The notes under the pieces are model-generated. The model saw only the letters and a list, made by a program, of their open reading frames with translations, was not told the DNA's origin and did not search any database. Below, in pieces: positions 47,565 to 57,324 of a stretch of 64,000 nt of DNA (position 1 is the first letter of the stretch; every line of letters starts with the position of its first letter). Source of the DNA: Bacteriovoracia bacterium. GTDB lineage: Bacteria > Bdellovibrionota > UBA1018 > CAIPTA01. Where the stretch lies: NCBI GenBank assembly GCA_050246755.1, contig JBFWVL010000008.1, positions 1 to 64,000 of the forward strand, given 5' to 3'. The translations under genes and the position numbers were made by a program.

Positions 47565-48257
47565 TTATTGCATTTCAATTAACTGGCCTGCACCAGTAAT
47601 GAAATAATCCTGGGTACCGTTCTTCTGCGTGAAGAGGCTGGTTACCTTGTAGCGGATATCGAAGCCGAGACCAGCTACCGGCATGGCGGTGGTGCCCATG
47701 TTTACGGCAGGACGGTTTTCCGACCAAACGTCGAGGCTGAAACCCCATTGAACCACGATCTCCGTGGGAACGATGGTCACGTTAGCTACGTATTGGCCCC
47801 TGCCTTCTACGCCGCCGCCAGTCATGGCAGAAACTTTCAAACGTACTTTTACTACGTCGGATCCCCAACCATTGGTGGCTTTTACTTCGTATACTTTGGT
47901 GAGGGGAACTTGCCAGTTGGAAAGCTGCTCCCAGCTGGTGATTCCTTGGGGAACCACGGAGATAACATCGCGCTTGATGTTTACTACGGGGGCGCCGGCT
48001 TTGATGATCTCGATGAGCTTCTCACCGATGGTCACGAGAGTGCTCCACTCGATACCGCCGATTTCGAACATCTGCAGGCGGGGCTGAACACGGGGTTCAA
48101 CGGCAGCCGAATAGAGCTCAGCGGCAGTAGGAACCACTTCGTTAATTTGTACGCTGGAAATCTGGAACGCTTCGTCGTTCGCCGAGATCTCGTTTGCAGC
48201 CATTGCTTGTTGTGCAACTAAAGTAGCCAAGAATAGAGACAAAAATAGAGTTTTCAT
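47565..48257 (-). CDS. Secreted hypothetical protein, beta-rich
   Basis: RBS GGAGG; signal peptide ..AMA-A; putative sigma70 promoter TTGACG-N17-TAAGAC at 48331-48303. Confidence 0.75.
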   Translation of the reverse strand: MKTLFLSLFLATLVAQQAMAANEISANDEAFQISSVQINEVVPTAAELYSAAVEPRVQPRLQMFEIGGIEWSTLVTIGEKLIEIIKAGAPVVNIKRDVISVVPQGITSWEQLSNWQVPLTKVYEVKATNGWGSDVVKVRLKVSAMTGGGVEGRGQYVANVTIVPTEIVVQWGFSLDVWSENRPAVNMGTTAMPVAGLGFDIRYKVTSLFTQKNGTQDYFITGAGQLIEMQ

Positions 48258-48409
48258 GCGTTCACCCACCTCCCCGCGGGTCTGATTAAGATTGCGATGG
48301 GGGTCTTACCGAACTAGGCAGGGGGCGTCAACAGAAAGCCTTGCGGCGCATAAGATTGGCATTAGAAGAACCGTTTGTGAGAACAAATCCTTGGGCGTAT
48401 CCTTAGAGA

Positions 48410-50401
48410 ATGACTAGATTTTTTAGATTCCTACTGGCCACCACCCTACTTCTATCTTTTTCTTTTTCCGCAGCGGCTCGAGCCGATGAAGAAGGGTTAA
48501 ATTGTGGCTTAATACCCACTCTCACTACTTATTTCCTGCGCTACCACGTGTCGATTCACTCGGCCACGGATGAGATCAACCACCGCACGGTAGAGCAAAT
48601 GATCAAACGCATCGATCCTTCTAAGGTGATCCTGCTCGCGAGCGACGTGGAAATGCTGAAACCGAAAATTCTCGGCGTGCTTAAAAACATGCAAAACAAA
48701 ATCGATTGCGCTCCGATCGATGAAATCAAGGCGCTGATGGTAAGCCGGACTAAAGAGCAGTTGGCTTTCGCCAAAGAATCAATGGGCCCTAAATATAAGC
48801 TGGACGAAAGCGTGGAGCTCCAGCTCGAAGCCGATAAACGGGAATTCCCCAAAGACATCGAGGAATCGCATAAACGCCAAGTGATCCAGATGCACTTCCA
48901 GATTTCCAATTACCTTATGACCGACATGAAGCTACCCAAAGCCAAGGAGCAGCTCATTCACCGCTACGAGCTCAACGTGAAGCGCATGGAAGAACTAAAG
49001 CCTTCCGATCTCTATAATTACTTGGTGAACTCCTTCGCTTCTGCCCTGGATCCCCACTCCAACTACCTAAGCCCCGAAGACACCGAAGATTTCCGCATCA
49101 ATATGCAGCTCTCCCTCGAAGGAATCGGCGCCTCGCTCTCTCCCGAAGACGGCTATACGGTGATCCAGGAACTGATCAAAGGCGGAGCCGCCGAGAAATC
49201 CAAGCTCCTACTACCTAAAGACAAGATCATCGCGGTAGGCCAAGGCAAGGATTCGCCTATGGAAAACGTGATCGATATGGACCTCAAAGACGTGGTTCGC
49301 AAGATCCGCGGGAAGGCCGGAACCACGGTGCGCTTGACCATTCTGCGCGAAAAACCCGATGTTCAGCGCTTCAATCTCTCTCTCGTGCGCTCCAAAGTGG
49401 AGCTCGAAGACGATGCCGCCAAAATCGATTTCCAGGACCGTACCGTGAACGGGAAGAAATTCCGCCTGGCCCGGATCGAGCTGCCTAGCTTCTACGGAGG
49501 CCAGCGCCGCGGCGACCGCTCCTGCTCCCGCGATATGCAGATCGCGGTGGAAAAAGCCGCGAAGGGAAAGGCAGACGGTATCCTCATCGATCTCTCCTCC
49601 AATAGCGGCGGCTTACTCGATGAAGCCGTAAAAATCGGCGGCCTCTTTATCAACCGCGGGAATATCGTGGCCACGAAAGATTCCACGGCCGAGATTCAAA
49701 TGCTCGACGACGTAGACTCCCGCGTGCAGTTCGATGGTCCCGTGGTGGTGCTGATCAGCCGCCTCTCGGCTTCGGCCGCGGAGATCGTGGCCGGCGCCCT
49801 GCAAGACTATAAGCGCGCGGTGATCGTAGGCGGAGACCATACCTACGGCAAAGGCTCCGTGCAGGCTGTGCTTCCCCTCAAGCCCGAATACGGCGTGATC
49901 AAGGTAACCACCGGCCTCTTTTTCATTCCGGGCGGAAATTCCACTCAATGGAAAGGCGTAGCCTCGGACGTTCCCTTCCCCAACCCCTTCTCCACCGACG
50001 ATTTCGGCGAAAAGCACCTCGATTATTCACTTAAACCCGAATCGATCCCCACTTTCCTCTCCCCGGAATCCAACGAGGCCCACCTCTGGACTCCGGTGGC
50101 GAAATCGGAAATCGACGAGCTCAAGAAGCTTTCCGCCGAGCGGGTGGCCAAGAGCAAGGACTTCGCCGAAATTGTTAAGGACAACAAAGAGATCGACGAC
50201 CGCAAGGGCGTGATCAAGCTCTCCGACATGCGCAAAAAAGAGGGCGAGCAGAAGAAGAAGAATAAAGACAAAGCCCCGAAACAAATCGCGAAAGAGCGCA
50301 ACAAAGTGCAGATCGATGAAGCCCTCAATATCCTGGGCGACTTCGTGAGCCTTCGGAAGAACGGATCGGGTAAGCTAATTACCACCGAGAAACCGCATTA
50401 G
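48410..50401 (+). CDS. prc: Tail-specific (carboxy-terminal processing) protease, S41A
   Basis: LDPHS, GIGA PDZ, SASAAEI (Ser), GKGSVQ (Lys). Confidence 0.92.
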   Translation: MTRFFRFLLATTLLLSFSFSAAARADEEGLNCGLIPTLTTYFLRYHVSIHSATDEINHRTVEQMIKRIDPSKVILLASDVEMLKPKILGVLKNMQNKIDCAPIDEIKALMVSRTKEQLAFAKESMGPKYKLDESVELQLEADKREFPKDIEESHKRQVIQMHFQISNYLMTDMKLPKAKEQLIHRYELNVKRMEELKPSDLYNYLVNSFASALDPHSNYLSPEDTEDFRINMQLSLEGIGASLSPEDGYTVIQELIKGGAAEKSKLLLPKDKIIAVGQGKDSPMENVIDMDLKDVVRKIRGKAGTTVRLTILREKPDVQRFNLSLVRSKVELEDDAAKIDFQDRTVNGKKFRLARIELPSFYGGQRRGDRSCSRDMQIAVEKAAKGKADGILIDLSSNSGGLLDEAVKIGGLFINRGNIVATKDSTAEIQMLDDVDSRVQFDGPVVVLISRLSASAAEIVAGALQDYKRAVIVGGDHTYGKGSVQAVLPLKPEYGVIKVTTGLFFIPGGNSTQWKGVASDVPFPNPFSTDDFGEKHLDYSLKPESIPTFLSPESNEAHLWTPVAKSEIDELKKLSAERVAKSKDFAEIVKDNKEIDDRKGVIKLSDMRKKEGEQKKKNKDKAPKQIAKERNKVQIDEALNILGDFVSLRKNGSGKLITTEKPH

Positions 50402-50420
50402 ATTTAAACCTCTCTCTTCC

Positions 50421-50456
50421 AAGAGCGAATTCTCCCCGAGAGTTCGCTCTTTTTTT
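50421..50456 (+). terminator. Intrinsic terminator
   Basis: AAGAGCGAATTCTC-CCC-GAGAGTTCGCTCTT followed by a T run. Confidence 0.8.
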
Positions 50457-50484
50457 ATTCCCCAAACTGCGTTATCAATCGCCC

Positions 50485-51117
50485 ATGCATTCCGCGCCCC
50501 GCTGCAAATTCATCGTGCTCACCGGAGGCCCCGGTGCCGGCAAAACCGCGGTAATGGAAGCCGCCCGCCAGATCTTCGCCCAGAAAAAAGTATCTATTCT
50601 TCCCGAAGCCGCGAGCATCGTTTATTCAGGCGGATTCCCCCGTTTCGCCACCGGCGTTTCTATCCGTGCCGCCCAACGCGCGATCGCGGCCGTCCAGCAT
50701 GAGCTCGAGGCATTCACTTTTGAAGAGGGTTCCACTACCCTCGCCCTCTGCGATCGTGGCATCGTGGACGGCGCCGCTTATTGGCCCGAAGGCCCCGAAG
50801 CATTCTACGAAGCGATCGGCTGGCCTAAAGAGAGCGTTTACGCTCGTTACGATACCGTGATCCACTTGCGAACCCCCACAATTCACCTCGGCTACAATAA
50901 TAGTAATCCGATGCGCACGGAATCTCCGCAGCAGGCAGCCGTGCTCGATGCCCGGATCGAAAAAGTATGGGACGGGCACCCTAACCGCTTCATCGTACCC
51001 GCCACCGAAACCTTCACCGAAAAGCTCGAACACGTTACCGATCTAATCCGCGCGGCGCTCACCGAATCCCATGCCGTGCCTTCGGAGCATTTCGCCCGGC
51101 CACGCTTTCTCAACTGA
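50485..51117 (+). CDS. AAA_28-type P-loop NTPase/kinase
   Basis: LTGGPGAGKT, PEAA, CDRG..D, N..R.E, W..HP. Confidence 0.8.
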   Translation: MHSAPRCKFIVLTGGPGAGKTAVMEAARQIFAQKKVSILPEAASIVYSGGFPRFATGVSIRAAQRAIAAVQHELEAFTFEEGSTTLALCDRGIVDGAAYWPEGPEAFYEAIGWPKESVYARYDTVIHLRTPTIHLGYNNSNPMRTESPQQAAVLDARIEKVWDGHPNRFIVPATETFTEKLEHVTDLIRAALTESHAVPSEHFARPRFLN

Positions 51118-51183
51118 TCCGCCCTTGTTTTTGTCTTCCACCATCCGTAAAATTTAGGAAAGTATTCAACCGGAGACGTTTCC

Positions 51184-51591
51184 ATGCTCGCACTAAAATT
51201 TCTTGGTAAATTCCGTGATCTCGGCCTGCTGATCCTGCGTTTCGGCCTCGGCGTGAGCTTCATCCTACACGGCTCACAAAAAATGTTTGGCGGCCCGGAA
51301 ATGTGGACCCAAATCGGTGGCGCGATGGGCAACTGGGGCATGACAATGTACCCCGTATTCTGGGGGTTTATGGCGGCCTTCGCGGAATTTGCGGGAGGGT
51401 TTCTTTTTATCCTGGGCTTCCTATTCCGTCCGGCTGCAATTTTGCTGACCATCACGATGGCTTGCGCACTCACCATGCACGTAAAGGGCGGCGACGGATT
51501 TAAGACCTATTCTCATGCCCTGGAAGTAGGGGTGGTATTCCTCGGCCTGATCTTCGTGGGTCCCGGTAAGTTCAGCATCGACCGCGAATAA
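51184..51591 (+). CDS. DoxX family membrane protein
   Basis: LR...G..F..HG..K, AE..GG, GPGKFS.D. Confidence 0.9.
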   Translation: MLALKFLGKFRDLGLLILRFGLGVSFILHGSQKMFGGPEMWTQIGGAMGNWGMTMYPVFWGFMAAFAEFAGGFLFILGFLFRPAAILLTITMACALTMHVKGGDGFKTYSHALEVGVVFLGLIFVGPGKFSIDRE

Positions 51592-51599
51592 GCCTATAG

Positions 51600-51746
51600 C
51601 TGGCCTACTTGATTGTTGTTGGAAACCGCTAACCACACGCAGTCATTCGGCAATTCTTAGGATGGTTTCGGATTTATACCGCCTGGAGAGCTAGGTCGGC
51701 GAACTCACACGCGAATCGCCATAAAAACAACAATCAAGTAGACCAG
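51600..51746. mobile_element. MITE-like element, copy 2 (147 bp; inverted repeat extends to TAG/CTA at 51597-51749)
   Basis: TAGCTGGCCTACTTGATTGTTGTT...AACAACAATCAAGTAGACCAGCTA; interior alignable to copy 1. Confidence 0.75.
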
Positions 51747-51751
51747 CTACG

Positions 51752-51778
51752 TTAAGTTTTCCCGGTAAATACCGATAC
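51752..51778 (+). promoter_or_regulatory. sigma28-like promoter
   Basis: TTAAGTTT-N11-ACCGATAC. Confidence 0.55.
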
Positions 51779-51786
51779 TTCTGGGT

Positions 51787-51969
51787 ATGCCAGCTAATAA
51801 CCAACAGGATGATTTCTTCTTTGATCCCGAGCACGACGAGTCTGAGGGACCTTCCAGTCCCCCGGCTTTCGCCTCCTCTCCCGATCATTTAGCGAAACAG
51901 CGGGACTTCCTCGAGCGCTTGCTCAAGGCTTGGCAAGCAGCGCACTCCCCCAAGAAAAAAGCCGCCTAG
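51787..51969 (+). CDS. Small protein (60 aa): acidic N-terminus, amphipathic helix, KKKAA end
   Basis: ATG just after the sigma28-like promoter; fills the intergenic gap. Confidence 0.5.
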   Translation: MPANNQQDDFFFDPEHDESEGPSSPPAFASSPDHLAKQRDFLERLLKAWQAAHSPKKKAA

Positions 51970-52024
51970 GCACTCCGCCCGCAATGCATCGGGCAAAAAA
52001 TCGGCAATATGATAAAGATATCCC

Positions 52025-54028
52025 ATGTGCGGCTTCCTCGGCGTATTCAGAGCGAACGGAAAAAGCCCTTTCGGGACTGGGGAGATCTCCCCTTTCCGGG
52101 CCGCATTCTCCACGCTAGCCCACCGGGGCAATACTAGCTCCGGCGAATCCATTTCTTCCCAGGCAGCGCTTTTCCATTATCGCCTCGCCTTCCGTGACCT
52201 GGCGCTCGGAAAGCAACCCCTCACCGATACGAGGGGACGAGCCACGATCATTTTTAACGGCGAGCTATACGGCTTTCGCCCTCTCCGCGACGAACTGGCG
52301 AAGCGCTACGACTTTCAGACGCATTCCGATACCGAGGTAATCCTCGCGGCCTACCTCGAATTGGGAGAAAACTTCCTTGATTATCTCGACGGCGAATATG
52401 CCTTCGTGATCCATGATCACCGCGACGGGCGCGTGGTGGCCGCCCGCGACCCCTTCGGCGTGAAACCGCTTTTTCTGGCTAACCCGCAAGGAAGAGGCAG
52501 CGATTTATTCCGCGCCTATAAGCCTTTCTATGAATTTAACCTCGGGGAAGATTTTGCGTTCGCTTCGGAAATCAAGGGCCTGCCCTTTCCCCTTGCCTGG
52601 GACAAACGGGGCCACGAACGCGCGATGCTCTCCCTCTACGAAGAAATGGGCACCGCCTACCAGAACGTGATCGCCCTCGCTCCCGGTTCTTTATTTAGCG
52701 CCACCTCCGAGCGCGGCGCCTGGCGCTGCCGGATCGACAGAAAAATCGCCAAGCGCCGCGCGCAAAAGGCCACGCGCTTGGTGTCCTTCGCGGATCGTGC
52801 GGCGGAACTAAAAAAGATCATCGGGCAAAATGTGCGGAACAAACTCGATGCCGAGGTTCCTCTCGGTGCCTACCTCAGTGGCGGGATCGACAGTCGCATC
52901 GCCGCTCTCGAGATGAGCCGCGCGGGTGCCACTATCGAAACGTTCACGGTAGGCTTCGAGGGCGCCGACTACGATGAGACCCAAGAAGTTTCTCGTTTCC
53001 TCAAGGCCTACCCAAATTTACGGGGCCGCGCCCTGCGCACAAATAATGAGATGCTCGAATACGCTTACCCCCACGCGATCTACGCCTCGGAGTTGGTGCA
53101 GCCCTACACGAATGGCGCCGCCAAGTGGTGGCTCTCGCGGTTTGCGCGAAAATACGTGCGCGGCGTGCTCACCGGCGACGGGGCCGACGAGCTTTTTTGC
53201 GGCTACCCCAGCTATCGCTACCTGGCTTGGTGGAACTTTTATCGCCGCCAACCCACGGCGGCGCGCGCCTCTCTCTACGAAGCACGCGTGGTGGGCAAGA
53301 GCGAGAAATACTGGGAAAAAGGCTTGAGCTCTTTGCCCGACGGAACCGACCTCGAGGCTTCGGTAAAAAGCCTCGGCTGGGCCCATCCGCTGTTTTCCCA
53401 AGTGCAATCCCTGGGAAACCTGCTTGGCAACGGGCCGGAAATCCTGACCAGAGAGAGATCCGACATATATTCCTACGTGCAAGCCGATGCCGGCGCCTCT
53501 CCCCTCACTCTCTGGCAAAATTATTTTCTCCACACCCACTTCCCTACCCACGTGCTGAACTGGGTGGGAGACCGCATGGAAATGGCCAATACTCTGGAGG
53601 GCCGCCCGATCTACCTTTCGCGGACCTGCCTTGATTTCTTCGATCAGCTTCCCGATAGCTATTTAGTCCGCGGGCTCACCGACAAGGCGATTCTGCGGAA
53701 AGCCTATGCCGCCGAGCTCGGGGCATTTGCCGCTACTCCTAAAAAACAATTCAATGCCCCATTCTTACTCGACGGCCCTCTCGGAAAAGAGTTTTTGCAA
53801 ACCGCCGCCTTGCGTGAAACCGGTTTGATCGATCCAGGCCTCGTGGCCGCCGCGCTAAAGCGGCGCGATGAAACGAATAATGCTCTCGAGCGGAGCTTCG
53901 TGGAGATATTCCTGCAAAATTGCCTTGTGACCCAAATGCTGGACCGCTATCTTGTGCGCCGGAATCCCCCGGACCGTAACCTGCCATACGAAGAAAGCCG
54001 GCTCACCGAAAGGACCGTAGATTTATGA
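52025..54028 (+). CDS. asnB: Asparagine synthase (glutamine-hydrolysing)-like amidotransferase
   Basis: MCG, HRG, NGELY, SGGIDS, TGDGADELF.GY, DRMEMA. Confidence 0.88.
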   Translation: MCGFLGVFRANGKSPFGTGEISPFRAAFSTLAHRGNTSSGESISSQAALFHYRLAFRDLALGKQPLTDTRGRATIIFNGELYGFRPLRDELAKRYDFQTHSDTEVILAAYLELGENFLDYLDGEYAFVIHDHRDGRVVAARDPFGVKPLFLANPQGRGSDLFRAYKPFYEFNLGEDFAFASEIKGLPFPLAWDKRGHERAMLSLYEEMGTAYQNVIALAPGSLFSATSERGAWRCRIDRKIAKRRAQKATRLVSFADRAAELKKIIGQNVRNKLDAEVPLGAYLSGGIDSRIAALEMSRAGATIETFTVGFEGADYDETQEVSRFLKAYPNLRGRALRTNNEMLEYAYPHAIYASELVQPYTNGAAKWWLSRFARKYVRGVLTGDGADELFCGYPSYRYLAWWNFYRRQPTAARASLYEARVVGKSEKYWEKGLSSLPDGTDLEASVKSLGWAHPLFSQVQSLGNLLGNGPEILTRERSDIYSYVQADAGASPLTLWQNYFLHTHFPTHVLNWVGDRMEMANTLEGRPIYLSRTCLDFFDQLPDSYLVRGLTDKAILRKAYAAELGAFAATPKKQFNAPFLLDGPLGKEFLQTAALRETGLIDPGLVAAALKRRDETNNALERSFVEIFLQNCLVTQMLDRYLVRRNPPDRNLPYEESRLTERTVDL

Positions 54029-54945
54029 ATTTCCTCATCGTCGGCGACCCCATCCGCAACTTGAAGCCGAAAACCGACACCAGCCTCGCCCTCGTACGCG
54101 AAGCTCTACTGCGGGCTCACACGATTCACTGGGCCACTCCCCAGGATCTCTTTCTCTGGGAAGGCCGCGTGATGGCCCGGGTGGAAACAATCACGGGCTG
54201 CGCAGTAAGCTCCCTTCCCGCCACCGAGCCAGTGGAAGAGCCCCAGTCGATTAATGGCTACGATGGCGTATGGATCCGCAAAGATCCTCCCTTCGACGTC
54301 AGCTACCTTTCGCTCTGCTGGCTCCTCGCTCTCGAGGAAAATAACGTGCCGATGCTTAACAAGCCTTCGCTCTTGCTGCGCTATCACGAAAAAATGCTTC
54401 CCTGGGAGGCACTCGAAAAAGGTTTCCTACAGCCCAACGAAGTGATTCCCACCTTTATGCCCACCGGTAAGCGCATCAATATCCCCGCGAACTTTCCTAA
54501 AGGTGAATGCATCACCAAGCCCTGGCTGGGCCACGGCGGAAAAGACGTAGAGCTCTTACCCGCTCCCCGGTCTCCCGAACCCTATTCGTTTCTCCAGCCC
54601 CTGCAAAAAGAAATCTACAAGGGCGGGGACCGCCGTATTTTCGTACTCAACGGCGAAGTGATCGGTTCCTTCGTGCGGATTCCCGCGGCGGGCGAAGTAA
54701 AATCCAATATCGCCGCCGGCGGAACGGGCGTGCTCCGCGATATGACCCGCAAAGAAAGCGAGATCGCCGATCGTACCGCAACCTTCCTGCAGGAAATTGG
54801 CGTCATGTTCGCGGGTCTGGATATGATCGGAGAAAAAATTTCCGAGATTAATATCACTTCGCCCACCGGCTTCTTAACTTTCCGGGACATTGGCGGGCGG
54901 AATTTGTCTTCCGCCTACCTCGAATACGTCGAGTCTTTGGACTAG
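54025..54945 (+). CDS. gshB: Glutathione synthetase-like ATP-grasp ligase
   Basis: DP...DTS, RKDPPFD, EK, KP..G.GG, GDRR, SN.AAGG, EINITSPTG. Confidence 0.8.
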   Translation: MNFLIVGDPIRNLKPKTDTSLALVREALLRAHTIHWATPQDLFLWEGRVMARVETITGCAVSSLPATEPVEEPQSINGYDGVWIRKDPPFDVSYLSLCWLLALEENNVPMLNKPSLLLRYHEKMLPWEALEKGFLQPNEVIPTFMPTGKRINIPANFPKGECITKPWLGHGGKDVELLPAPRSPEPYSFLQPLQKEIYKGGDRRIFVLNGEVIGSFVRIPAAGEVKSNIAAGGTGVLRDMTRKESEIADRTATFLQEIGVMFAGLDMIGEKISEINITSPTGFLTFRDIGGRNLSSAYLEYVESLD

Positions 54946-55019
54946 GTGAGTCAGGTTTTCTCCTTGCAAAGGCTTTCCTATGCGATAGCCTGGGAACTGA
55001 ACCTAACAGGGAGGATCGA

Positions 55020-55577
55020 ATGAAATTTGTCTTGCTAGCATTGGCACTATTCGCCACCAACGCCCAGGCCGAAAACTTTTGGGGCACCTACCGAGATGCT
55101 CCGATTCAAGCCGTTCCACCCGGCGTTACCCTGCAAAAAATGATGAACCTAGCCAATGATCGTGATGCGAAGGTTTATCACCGCCTCAGCCTCATGCTCG
55201 ATGCCAATACCATGGTGGCTGGTCTCTATAACGAAGAGATCAAAGCTTCGGAACTTTCCCCCTTTTCCGCCGCCGATGGAATCCACTGGCTCCGCGACGT
55301 GGAGAGTTCGGAAGGCGCCGTGCTGTTCGAAGGCCAAGGCCGCAAAGTGATCCTCATTCAGGGCAAACTGAATCGCCAAACCCAAGAAGGCCGCTTCCAG
55401 ATCCGCTACCTCGCGAACGGGCTTTCGAATAGCTACGAAGTCTGCGATCTGCTCCTAAAAAAAGACGATTCTGGATGGTTTATCCAGAACGCCTATACCA
55501 ACAGGAAGGTTACTTCGGCCAAAATCATTACCTGGTCCCTCGGCGTAACCACGATTCAAGGCATCTGCCCTAAATAA
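55020..55577 (+). CDS. Secreted hypothetical protein
   Basis: RBS GGAGG; signal peptide ..AQA-E. Confidence 0.75.
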   Translation: MKFVLLALALFATNAQAENFWGTYRDAPIQAVPPGVTLQKMMNLANDRDAKVYHRLSLMLDANTMVAGLYNEEIKASELSPFSAADGIHWLRDVESSEGAVLFEGQGRKVILIQGKLNRQTQEGRFQIRYLANGLSNSYEVCDLLLKKDDSGWFIQNAYTNRKVTSAKIITWSLGVTTIQGICPK

Positions 55578-56859
55578 TAAATAGGCGTTTTACCAGATCC
55601 GCGAAGGCCAGGCCGCGCTCCTCGAAGTTCTTGAACTCATCGAGGCTCGTGCCCCCGGGCGACAACAATACGGTGTCCCCGGCCCTCGCGATTTCTTTTA
55701 CGTGCTTCACGGCCGCCGCCAAATTCGGATAGACCGGTCCCTCAAGCGCTGAAAGCTCTTGCGCGTGTCTGCCAACGGCACCGAAAAATACTGGCCTTAG
55801 TTTCTGGATTTTTTTCAGCGCTACTAGCTCCTGCCAAGGTAAATCCTTATCTTTCCCGCCCAAAAGTAAAATCAGCTGCTGCTTTTTGTCCATCTGCTCG
55901 TAAATTCCCATCGCCGCCGTTTTTACGCTCTCCATCGTGGTCGCTTTCGAATCGTTCACGAACCGGATTTGCGCGCGCAACCCGAGGTTCTCCATCCGAT
56001 GAGGCAACCCGGAAAATTCTTTCATTCCTTCGAAAGCAGAGATGGGCCAGCCCGCTTCGCGGGCTAATTTCGCCGCCACCGCGAGATTGTCTTGATTATG
56101 AGACCCGAGCAGCTGGGCGCGCTCGAGCTCGAGGTAGGTAAGCTCTTCGTCGTTTTGATCGGTCCAAAGCAACTGCGCGGACTCTTTTTTTCCGCGCGCG
56201 TACTTAGCGAGCTCCCCCCCCTGCAGGTTAAGCACCACGGCCTTTTGGGTACGTCTCACTAGCTCCCACTTGATATCGTAGTATTCCGACAGGCCGGCGT
56301 AGCGTTCCATATGGTTCGGCGTAAGGTAGGTAAGCGCGGCAAATTCGCAATGCAGATTTCCACAATTTTCCAGCTGGTAGCTCGAGAGCTCGAGCACCAC
56401 CCATGGCGCCGGCGGTCGCTTGCGCGCGGTGAGATCGGCAGCGTAGTCGGCGAGCGGGCGGCCGATATTTCCGCCCACGAAAGAATCGGGCGAAAACTTT
56501 TTCAGGCCCGCCTCCAGCAACGAAACGACGGTAGATTTTCCTACCGCGCCGGTTACCCCGATGATGCGCTCCTCGGTGATATAATGAAGGGCCAATGCAA
56601 GCTCGCTGGTCACGATGCCACCATGTTCTTTAAAATCTTTTATCCAGGGTTTGCTGAGCGGATATCCCGGCGAGACTACCAGGGTGCGAGGTTCCCGCTC
56701 GGCCAGCATTTTTTGGGGATCGCTATAATCGGCGGGAGCTTTCTCGTCGAAGGTACAAATATCTTTGGGGCGTACCCCGTTAGCGTGTAGCAGCCTTAGG
56801 GCGGCATTGCCGGAAAGGCCCAAGCCCACCACGGCGATCGGGCGTTTCACGAAATCCAT
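55570..56859 (-). CDS. murD: UDP-N-acetylmuramoyl-L-alanine--D-glutamate ligase
   Basis: GLGLSG, SPG, TGAVGKST, GGNIG, ELSSYQL, HRME, NDSKAT, LLSPG..S.D.F.NFEERG. Confidence 0.95.
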   Translation of the reverse strand: MDFVKRPIAVVGLGLSGNAALRLLHANGVRPKDICTFDEKAPADYSDPQKMLAEREPRTLVVSPGYPLSKPWIKDFKEHGGIVTSELALALHYITEERIIGVTGAVGKSTVVSLLEAGLKKFSPDSFVGGNIGRPLADYAADLTARKRPPAPWVVLELSSYQLENCGNLHCEFAALTYLTPNHMERYAGLSEYYDIKWELVRRTQKAVVLNLQGGELAKYARGKKESAQLLWTDQNDEELTYLELERAQLLGSHNQDNLAVAAKLAREAGWPISAFEGMKEFSGLPHRMENLGLRAQIRFVNDSKATTMESVKTAAMGIYEQMDKKQQLILLLGGKDKDLPWQELVALKKIQKLRPVFFGAVGRHAQELSALEGPVYPNLAAAVKHVKEIARAGDTVLLSPGGTSLDEFKNFEERGLAFADLVKRLFII

Positions 56860-56930
56860 TGGGTTTTCCATCATTTAGCTACTATCCCGGGCCCCTATGC
56901 CGCGCCCCATTTTCGTCCTACAATAGAAGT

Positions 56931-57287
56931 ATGAAGTGTAACTCCAAAATTCAGAATCTTCTATTGGCCTCGGTTCTGGCTTTCGGCATTAGCTCTTCGG
57001 CGATGGCTGGTCCACCGCGATGTTTTTTGCACGGGATCATTCAGCCCATCACCGACAATAAGGAAAAGACCTCTTTGTCGGACATGATCCGCATGAATTT
57101 CGATATTAAGAATAGCGAAGACAAAGCCAAATGCGAGCAGATGATTTCGGCCTACTGCCAGTACAACGTGAAAGATAAAGACTACTCGCCCACCCGCCTC
57201 AAGGCGTCGTTCACGCCGGACATCGACAAGAGCGAAACGTTTAATTATAAGTTCAGCGAACGCTGCAAACTCGTTAGCGAAGATTAA
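56931..57287 (+). CDS. Small secreted Cys-containing hypothetical protein
   Basis: Signal peptide ..AMA-G; four Cys in the mature part. Confidence 0.65.
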   Translation: MKCNSKIQNLLLASVLAFGISSSAMAGPPRCFLHGIIQPITDNKEKTSLSDMIRMNFDIKNSEDKAKCEQMISAYCQYNVKDKDYSPTRLKASFTPDIDKSETFNYKFSERCKLVSED

Positions 57288-57324
57288 AAAATCCCGCCCC
57301 ACCCAAATGCAGGCCGCCGCCTAA

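Noticed and set aside
51787-54028. Lasso peptide cluster
   Set aside because: AsnB keeps the N-terminal Cys glutaminase domain, there is no B1/B2 leader peptidase, and the small ORF lacks a lasso leader/core pattern
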